A stretch of DNA of 64,000 nt from Phoronis australis (taxonomy: Eukaryota; Animalia; Phoronida), in assembly GCA_002633005.1 (NCBI GenBank), contig NMRA01000263.1, positions 1 to 64,000 of the forward strand, read 5' to 3'. Position numbers and translations under genes: made by a program. Below, piece after piece: positions 24,281-36,988 of this stretch. The notes under the pieces were generated by a model. The model had not been told where the DNA came from, ran no database searches, and was given only the letters and a program-made list of their open reading frames with translations. The first letter of the stretch is position 1; the number at the start of each line of letters is the position of its first letter.

Positions 24281-26284
24281 TTGAGTCGTGAGCAGACAAT
24301 CAGAGTAGTGAACTGTAGGAGTTGTGGTTTTGAAATTGGGGAAATGCGAAGTAGTGAATTGTCGAAGGTAGGGAACCTTCGGAGTAGTGGACCTTCGGAG
24401 TGGTGAATCTTCGGCATAGTGAAATGTAACCTTGGAAATCTTTTCCATCAAGTTTGTTGCTCGTATGAAGTCTGCGGCTGTGCACCATTGACAATGATTG
24501 GCAAGAGGAGACTTTATTCATTGACCAAAAGTTGATGTCTAGGCCTAGTTTTCCCTAACAAAGTGAAAATGCCTGACGGGGTTTTCTCAGTGCAAGAAAA
24601 CACGGTAGTTGAAAGTCTGGTTTTTAAGCAGAACTGAGGTTTGCCTATATAGTTAACTTATCGTAAGCGAGACTGAATTTATAAGAACGGAAACGCACAC
24701 ACGAGTACACGCATGCCTGTCAATCCACCAATCCAGAATTAAAGTGGACACTGGATGAACAACATTTTTTAATATTTGACGACCACTTTCAGTTCAATGA
24801 ACTTGAACATGCCTGCACTTAACCGCACTATGCTAGCAATTAAACCAAAATAAAAGAATAACTAATCTCAATTTTCCACTGTTTTGTTTCTTGGTCGATT
24901 TTAAGGCATTCACACCGCACTACTTTTTGGAAGCTCTCTCGTTGTTACATAGCTTACTTAGGTCAGAGGGCTAGACCATACACATCTTAATACTATAGAC
25001 CGGGCGCACGTGCTACTGCAGCTGACAACTTAACGCCATATTGCAGAGTGTTGCTAGTCACGTGACACGGCTAATTGCCATGTAAACAAACGGGGTAAAA
25101 TGTCCTTCTCAAAGCGCGATATCTAACAAATAAAGAGGCCAACAAGTGTGTTTTTTTCCAGAAACATAAAAAACATACATGTGATGTCGCACTTACATGC
25201 GTTTTTTTAAGAGCCAATCTGTCGATAGGGAAGATATCAAACTAATAGAAGATCACAACCAATGACAGATTCTCGAATCGTCTGAGCGGCTGCACGCTTG
25301 TTGTCCACTTTGAGCGTTTTATTTTTTATTTTTTTTTTGTTTTTTCAAGAGAAACCAGTGAGATCGTGCAAATTTATCATTTAATTCGTTTCGCTCGATG
25401 CAAATACATTATATCCAGGAGACGTGCTGCTCACTTGGGACGTACTTTTTTTGTGCCCAATAAGCCATAGTTTTCAGTATTGAAAATGACCCCGGGTAAC
25501 TGCGTTAAATCAAAATACGACCCAGGTCGCATTTAATGGGGGGACTAAATTTAGTGTGAACTACTGTGAAAAATGACCTCATTGGAGTCATATAAATGAC
25601 AGGTTTTTAAAGTTCATTAGGGCGTTCTCCCGCTCCGTTATTTTACCAGACGTACAGCGGTTGTGAGCGTGCGATAGTCTTAACTTCGATTGTATAGTTG
25701 GACGATTTTGGTAATTCAAAAACTTTAAGCGTGACCAGTATTTGATGGGGAATTCAGAAATGTCATTGGTTTAAGTTTTAACATTTAATAACTCAACTTA
25801 TTTTTAACACCTCAGCCCAGTGCGTCGATAACATATGATCTTATTGGAGATTAGAGCAAGCATCTAACAAAAGAGAGCTGACCCTCCAACTCTAATTGCC
25901 AGAATGGACTTAATCAGTCGTCAGTGTAAGATATTGGCTAAAGCGGTCATTCGCCCGACTTCTGCTATACAACCTAACAAGTTAGACTAAACGGGAGAAC
26001 TCCGCTCGGGATTGCCAACGGACAAATATTCTTCTCTCACGCATGGTATTCCTCTCTTCCGTATCTGTAATCATCCCCGATCACGCACAAGACACTTGTC
26101 GGTGTTTTGTAGTATCCCCACACCGTGAAATTATGTGCTCACAAAGAGATCTGCCCCGCTCCCCCACATTGTTTCGAACCATTCCTATTCACCCCCGCCC
26201 TTAATCTGACATACGTACTGCGCGTCCCTCAGCCGCCGAGAAATTTAAAATAAATTCTTCTCCCACGCACGCTTGGCCTCAGTT

Positions 26285-27030
26285 CTCTGCAGTGGATGAA
26301 AATCTGACCATGCTTCCAACAGGAGGCATTTATAACGGCTCATCACCTGGAACGGGATACCATTGCCCTCTGGAGGACTGGGAAGTAATTTGAATTCACT
26401 TCTTTAAACGTGTCACAACTAGTCACACACTCTTACAATGTATTCAACTATGTTCCTTTGTACCTCCCACAGCGCATATGAAGTATCTTCTCACTGGTAG
26501 CTGGCACCATGTAGTCAGCCCACACTGCTACTCGAAAGTCTCCCATTTTTTCACCTGTGTCAGTCACAACAAACTGCATACAGATAGCAAAATGATAACA
26601 CTAGACTGTCATACCACTCCAAAAAGTGAAGTTATTGGGGCACTGGCCGCCATACAACGTCCACGGATATATAGTCATCAGTGGTTTTGCCTTTGCCTGC
26701 AATTGCAAATGAATCTTTCACCTTAACACTGTCCCCCGCTTTCAACGCCCTCCATCACAACTGTGGCATAGCGTTTATCACCCTCTGCCTGGTCCTTTCG
26801 CGAACATGCTCCTAAGACCAAAAAAACTTGTCTTTAAGACTAAAGGCGAAAAGTCAGAAGAGACGCACCGTTTAGTGAACACAAAGTCGAATTTTGGTCT
26901 TCTGTCTTAACATAGACATTAATTCTATTTTGACATTGAGGATCGTACAAACTACGCTTTTGGATTCACAAAACTAAACGAGGCGGTGTGTGAAATGCAG
27001 TTTCAAGAATAATATTAGTATTGCAATTCT
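26285..27030. repeat. ~750-bp high-identity direct repeat (copy a)
   Basis: Matches 44746-45220 plus 46199-46459. Confidence 0.9.
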
Positions 27031-27188
27031 AACCTGTGCCACTTAGTATCCGAAGTTCAATTACACATTGGCTATTCTAAATGTGTATGCGTCAGATGTT
27101 TGACTGTGGGTTTGTTTAAAAGGTAGCTATGCTTTGAGATTGTGCGTAGATGGAGAGTGTATATTCAAATTCAGTAATTAATTTATTA

Positions 27189-27786
27189 TGTGATAACCCC
27201 TAATTAGACAAATGAAACCTATTGTTAATTAAGTAATCAACTACAAAGAGTAACTACGCTAGCGCCCTCTTTAAAGATTACTTTAATCAAACAACCAAAA
27301 CGATCAAATGTCTTATCCGCTATCCAAGCTAGGACTCTCCACTTGTTGGATGTGTGTCCTGTTGGTGAATCTTCGACCTACACACACACTGTATAGCAAC
27401 AGTGTACTTGCTGGTCACCGTCTCTGGTGATGCAACACTTGCGGGCAATTTCTTCTACCCGCGATTCTTCTTGCTGGTCACAGTCTCTGGCTGATGACGC
27501 AACAGTTCAGGTAGTATCTTACTACCCACAATGCAAGTGACAAGCTCTTAGTTAACTTCCTGTTCGTCAACCCTTGCCCTTTCCAAGATCCTTTCTAGAA
27601 TCTTCCACGAGATGGCTCTGTCGTACAATTGCTTCTGTACAGCGTAGCAAGTCCTTATGCTTCAAGTACTATAGCGCATCTAATTATCTTGTTGATTTCA
27701 TTGCCCATAATATAACATTCTACTTATTTAGTGATTGGCTAATAAAAACCACATGATCATATCCACTCATATTATTGGCTGTTACA
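27189..27786 (-). mobile_element. Possible solo LTR
   Basis: TGTGATA...TGTTACA ends, internal ~62-bp tandem duplication (27408-27530), CTAGCGCCCTC motif; TSD not clean. Confidence 0.3.
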
Positions 27787-28269
27787 ATTTGTTCTCAGAA
27801 TATTCTAGAATCTCTAGAGTACTTTGACCCCAGAACCCAAAGTTGTAAACACTGTCTAAAAATAGATTTCGACGTTAAAATACATGTCAACAAGTCTGAT
27901 CCCATGATTTAAAAGTACATGTACATATGCACAAATTTTGGGCAACTTAAAATGGATCTATTCTTACTAATTACTAAATCAACATTTATGCTGACAGTAT
28001 GTTATCTCTTGTAAGTAAGGTACCCATCTGGTACCTCCGGTAAAATGATTAATTGTATAGCCGTGACCCTGAAATTATTCCCAATACAACATAAAATATA
28101 TATTATTCTTGTCTTGTTTATTTGTCCCCCATTTTCGCATTTCCTCAGGACAGATGACATAATTTCGGCACACAACCAAAAGGTAGGGTGACAGGGGCTC
28201 TGATCGTCCGTTGAAGTAGTTAGATGTAAAACCATAGTAAGTGACTGAAAGTTGACAAAGTCTCTTTCA

Positions 28270-29800
28270 TTAAGTATTGTGAACTAACAAATAATATCGT
28301 CACCAAAATTGAAATAGTGCAGAACTTTCTTGAGGAATGCTTATAAATATCTCTTGTGTTCTCTCCGATAAAATGACCGAGGATAAAACCAGTTTGTTTA
28401 GTATGAATTAATACATTTAAGGCAAATTTTATCCTATGGGCAATTATGCTGAAAATAATTCATAACTTGAATTTAGCAAAAAAATTGGTTTCCAATTTTT
28501 CATATCTTAACTTGGTTTCTTGACCATAGGAATCAATGTAATGACACCTTGACGCAAAGTGGTTGGGAGACTGTAATAAAAGAGTTGATCTAAAATGGCG
28601 ATATCTCTTTAAAAAACATTGTAAAATTCTACAGGAACGCCATCAGTTCCGGGAGTTTTATCATTTTTCATGCATTTAACGGCAGCGGCTGCTTCACTAC
28701 ACGTTATTGGTCCCCGGAGTTTTTCTTTCAAATCAGCGTCTAGTTCTGGTATATTTTCAGGAGACAACATATCTTCTAATTCATATTGGAGGGAGACAGT
28801 TACTTTGGCTGCATATGGCCTTGCATAGAATTTTCTGGTTGCACACAGTATAGATTTTTAGTCTGTCAAGCTTCGTCCAGACTCGTCTTTAAGTTTTTGA
28901 ACATACTTCGGTTACGTAATTGCGTTTTTCTAAGTTACCGAAATATTTGGGCGGGTTTTTTTACTATCCTCGACCCATTTTGCCAAAGATCTCAGTATCA
29001 TGTCCTTCATTTCGTCTTTTCTAATATCTTCGTAATCTTTCTGGATATCTGAATAAAATCAAGTAGCAGAGCAGAATTAGTGTTGCACATCATTTTACTT
29101 ACAAGACTTAATTGCTTCTCTAAATTTTCCCATGTCCATGTTTTTTGAAATCTGAATAAGACAAAGTATAATTTCAAATATTGAATAAAATCATTTCAAG
29201 AAAAAAAGAGTCGTCTATAGTCGACTGACTGGAGTAGATATCAGAAGTTCAATATTCCTTCTCGGTTATAATTATGTCTTTCACATTACTAGTGTACTCT
29301 GCATCACGTAACAAGGACTTGTTAAATCGTCAGAGAGATTTGCCTCTAACAAATGTAGAAGTCTGAATAGTAGTGACAACACAAAGTTAATGAGTTGTAT
29401 ATCCTGGGGACGCCTCGACATTTTCTATGCAAGAAGAAAACTTGTCTTACAACAACAAAAAGTCCACATGCGCTTGTTTCTAAGGGTTAACTCTGAACCA
29501 AGTATAGCCTGTTGTATTTGGATTACGTAATCACCTATGGTCAACCAAATTTTTAAAACTGCGTCATCAGACAGACAACTTGTTTTCTCGCAACCGGATT
29601 GTTTTGGTGCTTGTGTCATATACACGCATGATTGTAATCCTCCTGAATCAAATTCCAGTCGCCGCAAAGGATCACGAACTCTGAATTGTAGAATTTGTAG
29701 TCGTGTAGTCCAAGACCACTTTAAGCAGGGCTCTAAAAATTCAGGGCCATTCTTATCGGGACCATAAATATTAGCTATCGTTACTGAGGCTCGGTGAACA
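28270..29800 (-). mobile_element. Decayed L1/Tx1 ORF2 (APE endonuclease to start of RT)
   Basis: Manual translation: VTIANIYGPDKNGPEF, KYFGNLEKRN, MKNDKTPGTDGVPVEFY, QGVITLIP, MKNWKPI, TGFILGHFIGEN; many stops. Confidence 0.8.
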
Positions 29801-29954
29801 AGTGTTTTCTACTTTGGCAATAACCGAAGGAGATATAGGGTCCCTTGTTGACTTGGTATGTCGAAAGCGTGTTGGTCTACTCTAAAATGTATAGGGCTAA
29901 AGGCAGAAACGTCTTGTGTAAACCTGTGCCGTATCCGCGCTTTTCCGAGTCCCA

Positions 29955-30398
29955 CGGGAAAGTGAAAAGAGTCAGAGGGTGGTCAATTACTAAGTTGTCA
30001 CAACCACTACAAAACGCAACACCTCGACATTCCTGAATATACTATAAATTACGGAAAAACAAATGAGCAGAATGTCTGACACTAAACACAACTAGTGTTG
30101 TAATTGGTTGTCCCGATTTTGCGTAGTAAGTATGTTTCGAACAACAAATGCTCGTAGCTGGAGATCAGCTTATTGAAGAGACCTGGAACGCGAAAACAGA
30201 ATAAAACGCATTATTCAAAGTGGTTCCCTGCCACTTAAACCGAATTCAACCTGCTCACCAGATATGTTTAAGGTTTGTTCGTAACGATTTTGAATTTCTG
30301 AAGTTGTCAAAGCATTTTTTTGTTAGTTTCAAATTAAAGGAAACGATCTGTCAGCTGCCCCTCACTTGGTCGATTTTTCTCCAACAAGGCAAAGCACA
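29955..30398 (+). promoter_or_regulatory. Candidate promoter / non-coding first exon of copy 3 (paralogous block B)
   Basis: Diverged direct repeat of 7661-8091, ~4 kb upstream of the copy-3 ATG exon. Confidence 0.3.
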
Positions 30399-32439
30399 CC
30401 TCGTTATTTGGTATGGCAAGACATAGGCGTAGCAAATTTCTCTTACACGGAAAATATGTCCTTTGACCTTTGATGTATACGAAACAAAGATGACTTTTAA
30501 AAGCAGCAGCCAATCCAATTGAGAGGCAGTTGATATAAGTTCTAACTGTTTAAAATTAGTTATAAAGGTGTCGTAGTATTCAAATATATTATAAAACGCC
30601 TGTGGAATTATTTTTTGGAAATTACTTGCTTTTAGGCTTTCCTCATATTGTGCTGTCGACCATAGACTTGGAGTGGGATCACGCATGATAATCCACCGTT
30701 ATTTCTATCTTCATGCACGCACCCAGGGATGGCTCTTCAGAAATTCGAGACCCACATATTAAAGGCTGGGTGTGTGCATGATCTTTTCAGTCAGCTGTTT
30801 GTGGAATGATTATGAGCGAATACCCTCATTTGTTAAGTGGAAGGGAGATTAGAACTCTGGGATTACTAAGGAGTTTCTTCTTCGCATATATTTCAAGAAT
30901 CGTGAATTTTGTGATTTTTTCTAAAAATTCCCTGACAGGGGAAAGCAAATTTAGTTTTAGTGAAGTTGAAGAGTTTGAGAGTAGAAGACCAATCCATGCG
31001 TCGTTGGTAGCTACTTGAATGAACCTGGGGCTTCTTGTGGAAACTCGCGTACTGAATTTTGAAAGTATTAGGTAATACAAATTCAGGGCTTCCACGTGAT
31101 CAGAGTGGTGCTCCTAATGTGTTGCTTGGACCAAATTTGCATAACTGTGCACGAGTAGAAAAGGACTGTTGAGAAAATCGGTCAACAAGACCGTGTTTGA
31201 CAGCCTCACAGGGGTTTCTTGTCTCGCACCTGTAAGTACACCAGCAAAGAGTGCCATTTCCATGTTGCTACTGTCACGGATGAAAAACATGACCTGTTCA
31301 CTTTAATTATCCGTCAAGTTCGTGAAGTGGTTTAATTTTCAATTTCGTTTAATGGTTTCAATAACTAAAAAGCAATGTCCAACTGTGGTTTACAGTAAAC
31401 ACATGTCCTATGTAAGTCTCTCCACGTAATCTTTACAGGCTCTCGTTCTTCAACGGATGACCTCCAATTACGGATTAATGGTTAACGCCTCTCTCCTTTC
31501 ATTAGAAGTATCATTTAGAATCAATTAATATTGAAATATATACCAGTATATTGAATGAGGCTGCCATTAATACGTGTCATGTATGTTGGTCAAAATGCTT
31601 CGGTATAGCAATTAACACTGAGTGTCGCCGTTGATCACACCTTGCTGTGGAGGTAGCTCTTTGGGCGTCTTATCTTCAATGTAAGTTAATCTGTTTCGTC
31701 CTGATGACTCAAGTAAATTTAATGGTAAATTGACAGGAAAATTGAAAACTCATAGCTGTGTGTATCGTTGTATTATACTCGCAATACAGATATACATTTG
31801 ATGGTTGTGGGGAAAATAGCTCTAACGGATTAATAGTCAGAAAATTAGAAGCGCTGACAGACTGTCTTGAGCATGACATAGGTCTGTTTCTAAGAACTTG
31901 CTTGTGTTTTCATGTGAAACATATCTTCTACAATCAGCCACAAATTCCAGCTTTCAAAGATAACTTGCCAAAGAACGCAGAACTCACGTTGTTGGCTGAT
32001 ACAAATGCACATTCCTTTTACGTTGTCCAGGCAATATTGATTTCATTTAGAAACATGCAAAAGTCGTTTCCAAGTTGGACCAGCACCCAAAAGGGTCGTT
32101 TCAAAATTGTTGTTCCTTTTTACCCTAAGAAAACTGCGACATCAACTCATTAAACATCTTTCTTCATTGCAATAACTTCTCATTGAAAAAGAACTTGAAT
32201 GAAGGACACGACTCTCTTGTAAAAGAATATAATTGTCAGTGTATTGGCCAAGCAGTAGCTTTTTGATGTTTTGCTCCATTGGTACATCGGAGTATCACGA
32301 AAGCAGATTTGCCCAGTTACCAAATGGTCTCGGTTTCTCCGTAGCCTCTGGACTGAATTCCCACTTGGAGACTATACGTTTCATAGGACACCTTTCTGAT
32401 CAGTTACCTCTCCATATATAGTAACTGTGTGACACGGTT

Positions 32440-33400
32440 TTAATTTATTTTACTAACTAGGACATGTTACAATTACAATTTGATAAATAATACAAAATGA
32501 TAAGGTACCCAACCAAAATATGCTTATCAGTCGCTTTGATATATTTTCTCAAAAACTGAGAGGTACAAGGATACAGGGAGGTGTTTTTACATTCGTAACT
32601 TAATTCAACATAATTTTCAAATTCAGGTCTTAATGCATATAATCTAAATAAAATTTAAGTTTTCATATCATAGAATTATGTATGAATGCTGCAGTATTTT
32701 ATATTTTACTCTTAAACCGGTCACGTCTTTGTAAGTTATTTAAAGATCAACAAAAATAAAACTCCTTATATATCTTACAGATCCTATGTTGCAATTTAAA
32801 CATTTTGTTTCTTCAAGAGGTGTGCATGCGTAGCTTCTCGTTTCCAGGTGCAACGGTAGTATCCTTGCGCGTAGCTGTACCAATAATTACCGTTGGCAGT
32901 AAGATAACTTTAAAGTATCAACATTTTCAGTACAATGCTAAGTCTTATGCTTAGATAAAACGTTTAGCTGTAAATTTTAATAGTTAGTCTCGTACCAAAT
33001 ATTTTTGAGCTTTCAAAGCGTGTCTCTTTAGCATTGCACGAAATACATATTATCGAAACATATTTTGTTATCAGTTACATCAAAAGCTGTCCAATTATTT
33101 CTATTAACAGAGTCATCCCCCAAAGTTTGGTAGTTTAAATACCCTTTTCCAGAGACCAGAATAATTTTATTCTGTTATTTGCTGGTTCCCATCCCTGTTA
33201 CCATATGAGGCATGATTTGGACTACATCTGTAATTTTCAAAAAAACCTCATTGTTCTATTTTGAACAGTTTTGATACATTTTAACTCTTTGCAACCCTCA
33301 AACACCAGTAGAATAAACCAAAGTAGCGGATATTTACTCACTAAATAACGTAGTAAGGTTTCGAATCTTTCATTTTCACGGAAACATTATTTACTTTTCC
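32440..33400 (-). mobile_element. 3' fragment of an RTE-X-like LINE
   Basis: Minus strand gives PNHASYG..GWEP and LVQLRARILPLHLET..KCLNCNIG, parallel to the 12944 element. Confidence 0.6.
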
Positions 33401-34420
33401 CTCAACTCTACCTTTATTTGTCACTGGCGTTGCGAGTTTATTACTCCTCAAAGATTTGTGATTTGATAGATTATCATGCACTGAGTTGGTCGTTTTAGGC
33501 TAGAGGGACAGAAGCCTATCTTCGTCCTTCATTATCTTAGCTTGTGGCGTTCTACCGCCTCTCCCNGGTTCATAGTCCTCAGCTCTTTATGCAACCACAT
33601 GTTGCATTATTGCTATTACCTCTGTTCGGGCGTTTAGCGTCCCGCGATGCTGTATCTCGTGAAGGGCTTGCACTGTTAATGAGGTGTAGTAGATGTGTTT
33701 CTATGAAGATTTTTATAGATGTATTCCAGATGAGACCCTAGCTGAGTTCGGACAGGTCTGATTACTGTGAAGACCTCTATTCCCGATTATGTTTTTGCGT
33801 TTGCTGCCGTATCTCCTTATTTTAATCATTCGTAGGAGCTTTGTAAAATTTAACAAATGTATGCCTAAGGAGCTGACGATGGATGATAATTGATTTTGAA
33901 CCTATCCGACTATCCTTATTATATATTCTAGTGGCAAATTTGTTTTTTGTAATTTGGCAAGTGTATTCCTATTAACTTGAGAACAGATCGAACGATCTGA
34001 CTGCCGCTTGGCCTCCTAGTGAAATGTGATTGTTTACGTTTATCTCTGTATCTTCTAAGTTTTCAACGGATTTTCATGAAACGTGACCAATAGTTTTCTA
34101 TTAAGGAGACAAGGGCACCTGTCCCTTTGCAGACAGGTCGGCGTACTCTGCACCATCTAGTTGTCAATTTTGTAATAATAACATCCCTAGAGGCTTAACT
34201 CTTGCTGTGCAGTCAGGGGCGCATTTCAACGCTTCAAGGAGCTCTTGTAAATAACTTATGCTCACTGCTCTTGTGTGTACAGATTCAATTCTCTTTGCTG
34301 AAAAAGCTGACCCTCTATCGCAATGTTTGTGGATATTTGGAACAGCTTCAGTGCACCGCCCATCATCGGGTTCTCGCTTTGTTCAACAAGTGGAAATTGG
34401 TTTATTTCAGAATTCCAACC

Positions 34421-34729
34421 ATGGAGTACAAACCATTTGAGAATCTTGCTGAGAAAACGCTTCTTTGTATTCGAGGCCGAGTTTTAGTAACTACAGATGA
34501 AGAGATACAAACTTCTTTCTGGGCTAAAATGAAGAGAATGGGACTAAACAAGCTTTGCGTGATACTTCACGAGACCGAAGTGAACCGCTTCTGGTGTGAA
34601 AAGATGAAGTCTTTGGGAATCATTGATGAGTTTAACGTTGACGGCCTGGTCCACGAAAAAGAGGATGGTCGTGCGGTTGAAGAAATCAGTGCCGGAATAA
34701 TCAAATGGCTGAAGGAGAAGAATATCAAC
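34421..34729 (+). CDS. CARNS1-like ATP-grasp ligase copy 3, coding exon 1 (103 aa)
   Basis: Acceptor TTTATTTCAG (ends 34410), Kozak ACCATGG, donor AAC|GTGAGT. Confidence 0.85.
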
Positions 34730-35150
34730 GTGAGTGATTGCCTTGAACAGCCGTTCAGGACTTTAAGTCGCAGCAACTAAACAGGAATTCAGTGTTACTT
34801 GATAAACAGCCTTCGAGATATTTCCATACCTAATAGAATACTTTTCTTAGTATAATGCAAGAAAACGTTTGTATCTGTAGAATTTAGGCCTACGTCGCAG
34901 AAAAGTTGGAGACCGTCAAAAAATAATTCTCCATCCTACAGAACGGCGATCACTTCAAAACACGCATTTTTTAATGTGAGTCTATTTTTAAGGCTGCTTC
35001 GTTGTTTGACGCACGACTGTTCCTTGAAGCAGATATCAAATATCTAAGAAAGTTCCCGAATTTACTCCGATTTCACTTCCCTATAAAACTAATTGTCAGT
35101 TTTGCGTGCGTTACACTGTCTAGAGGTTTACTTGCAATTACATTGTACAG

Positions 35151-35309
35151 GTAAATGCTTGCTACTGTTTTGGCGACTTCCTGAATGTGGTTGGAAGTTT
35201 TGTATGTGAAAAACTTGGCATTCCGGGGGACAGCTACGAAAGTAACAAGGTGTGTTTAGTGAAGGATGTCACGCAGGAATACGTGCTTAAAACTCCGGAA
35301 GCTGCGAAG
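35151..35309 (+). CDS. CARNS1-like ATP-grasp ligase copy 3, coding exon 2 (53 aa; absent from the ORF track)
   Basis: TACAG|GTA...AAG|GTAAGT; VNACYCFGDFLNVVGSFVCEKLGIPGDSYESNKVCLVKDVTQEYVLKTPEAAK. Confidence 0.85.
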
Positions 35310-36160
35310 GTAAGTGATGTTAATTTGGAAACTCAGACAGGCGAAGGAAGGTCATAAAATTCATTGCATTCAGAGATATCAATTCTATAGACGACAGTGC
35401 CAGTATCCAAAAATGATGAACAGCCAGTCAAGCCATCTGACAAACTCTCTACCAAACTTAGATGAAAACTTCTTATTTGGATACTAGCGGTGTTGTGTTT
35501 AGTATTGATTGCTCTGCTTGCAACGAGTTTTGTATCTGTGTGACTATCTGCGACGATGGCTTGAAGAACACAAAACCTACCACAACACCGTTATTTTCAA
35601 CAGTTGCGAGTCGCCGACTTTACCACTACACCACTCAGCGGCTGACGTCATCGAACGTGAAAATAGAATACTTAAATGAGCACGCGCAACAATCGCATGT
35701 TCAGCAAAGGACATTGCACCGACATTTATACGCTATGAAAAATAAGACGCATGATTTCCATAAAAACGATATTTTAATTCAATAAAATTTTTCTCTCGTG
35801 TTCTCTCACTTGTAAATCACCGATATCCAATTTGAATGCAGGCGTCGTGTCGTCGGGATCCTTTGACTTGAGCATTAAAGTCAGTTACTAGTGGTAACCT
35901 ACTTTAGCAGACGATATATACCCGGTCGAAGCTTAGCGTGATAAAATGAGTAGTAAGCTATAATAGATTCACTTTATTTCTATTTTGTTTTATTTTTCAT
36001 TTGGTTTTGAGTAAAAGCATTATTTGACAACAATATCTCGGCTCTTCTTAAAAAGTCACGACCTCCGACCCCGGGCCTCTGACATAGAAAGTAGTTACAA
36101 AGCCAAGGCGAGTCGAGAAAGGTAGATCGATTCATTTCAATGTTTCAGTATGTGGTATAA

Positions 36161-36323
36161 ATAGATTATTACATGTTCTCAGTCGTTATCCCCCTTATCT
36201 AGAGCCCTCGTGGATTTTGTAGAATTGTCACCCACGGGGCTAACGCCCCTCGGGCGATAATTCTCTAAAATACACTCGAGCTCTAGATAACGGGAGATAC
36301 GACTTCGCCATGTAATAATCTAT
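36161..36323. repeat. 163-bp imperfect palindrome (foldback MITE) in intron 2 of copy 3
   Basis: ATAGATTATTACATG..AGTCGT..TTATCTAGAGC / GCTCTAGATAA..ACGACT..CATGTAATAATCTAT. Confidence 0.8.
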
Positions 36324-36769
36324 ATATATCACGTAGCGACTGTTGATCTCATACCCGGCATATTAAAGACGCGAACACATCCTTGATCCTTCTCATCTTG
36401 TATAACAACAGTGCTTCCTCCAATTTACGACTCTTGTCCTGGCTCCCGCTGATTTTCTTTGTGAGTGTAATTATCATGTTTGATCGTTCTGCTGGGTTTA
36501 TCGTTTCCCACTGATGCTACTTCCAGCAAAGAAACGAAACGCTTGGATCACGCATACCGTATGAGGTGTTGTAAACATGAAGCACTCATTTGTCTTCTCG
36601 TGAAGATAATATGGGACTTCAGTTAGGTGAAAATGTTTGCTTTGATATCATATGTAATCTGTGTTGCCCTCAGCATCATTCTACTTAGAGTCAACTTACC
36701 CCGTGTAAATGAGCGTCTTCTCCCGTTTTGTGATAGCGGAAAACGGTCACCAGTTAAATTTTCTTTCAG

Positions 36770-36988
36770 TATGGCGTGCCTAGCTACTCTGTAAATACCC
36801 AGAGAGAATTACTGGCGGCGTTAGCCAAATTAACGTTTCCTGTTGTCATGAAGCCTCAGTGTGGAAGCGGTTCGGTTGGTTGCAAGGTTCTCTACGACAC
36901 GGCCAACTGTTTAGAATTCTTCAGTGAACTGACCACTGGTATGTCATGTGGTACAGCAGTGTGTGAAAAGCTGTCATACACTCAGTCG
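36770..36988 (+). CDS. CARNS1-like ATP-grasp ligase copy 3, coding exon 3 (73 aa)
   Basis: TTCTTTCAG|TAT...TCG|GTAAGA; FPVVMKPQCGSGSVG. Confidence 0.9.

Larger units (their letters stand above)
23651..24440. mobile_element. Foldback-type (MULE/Rehavkus-like) element with inverted arrays of ~15-bp repeats
   Basis: CCGAAG(G/A)TTCACTA units at 23665-23750 face TAGTG(A/G)A(C/T)CTTCGG units at 24345-24440. Confidence 0.5.

Noticed and set aside
23651-24440. Short repeats as a CRISPR array
   Set aside because: Degenerate ~15-bp units without unique spacers, eukaryotic context, no cas genes.
33540-33741. VAFY motif as a tyrosine recombinase (DIRS) fragment
   Set aside because: Single weak motif spanning an ambiguous base (n at 33566); no further catalytic motifs.
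480-34421. ATG-to-ATG spacing nearly equal (17014 and 16927 bp)
   Set aside because: The intervening sequence is mostly non-homologous, independently inserted TEs, so equal spacing is most likely coincidence.
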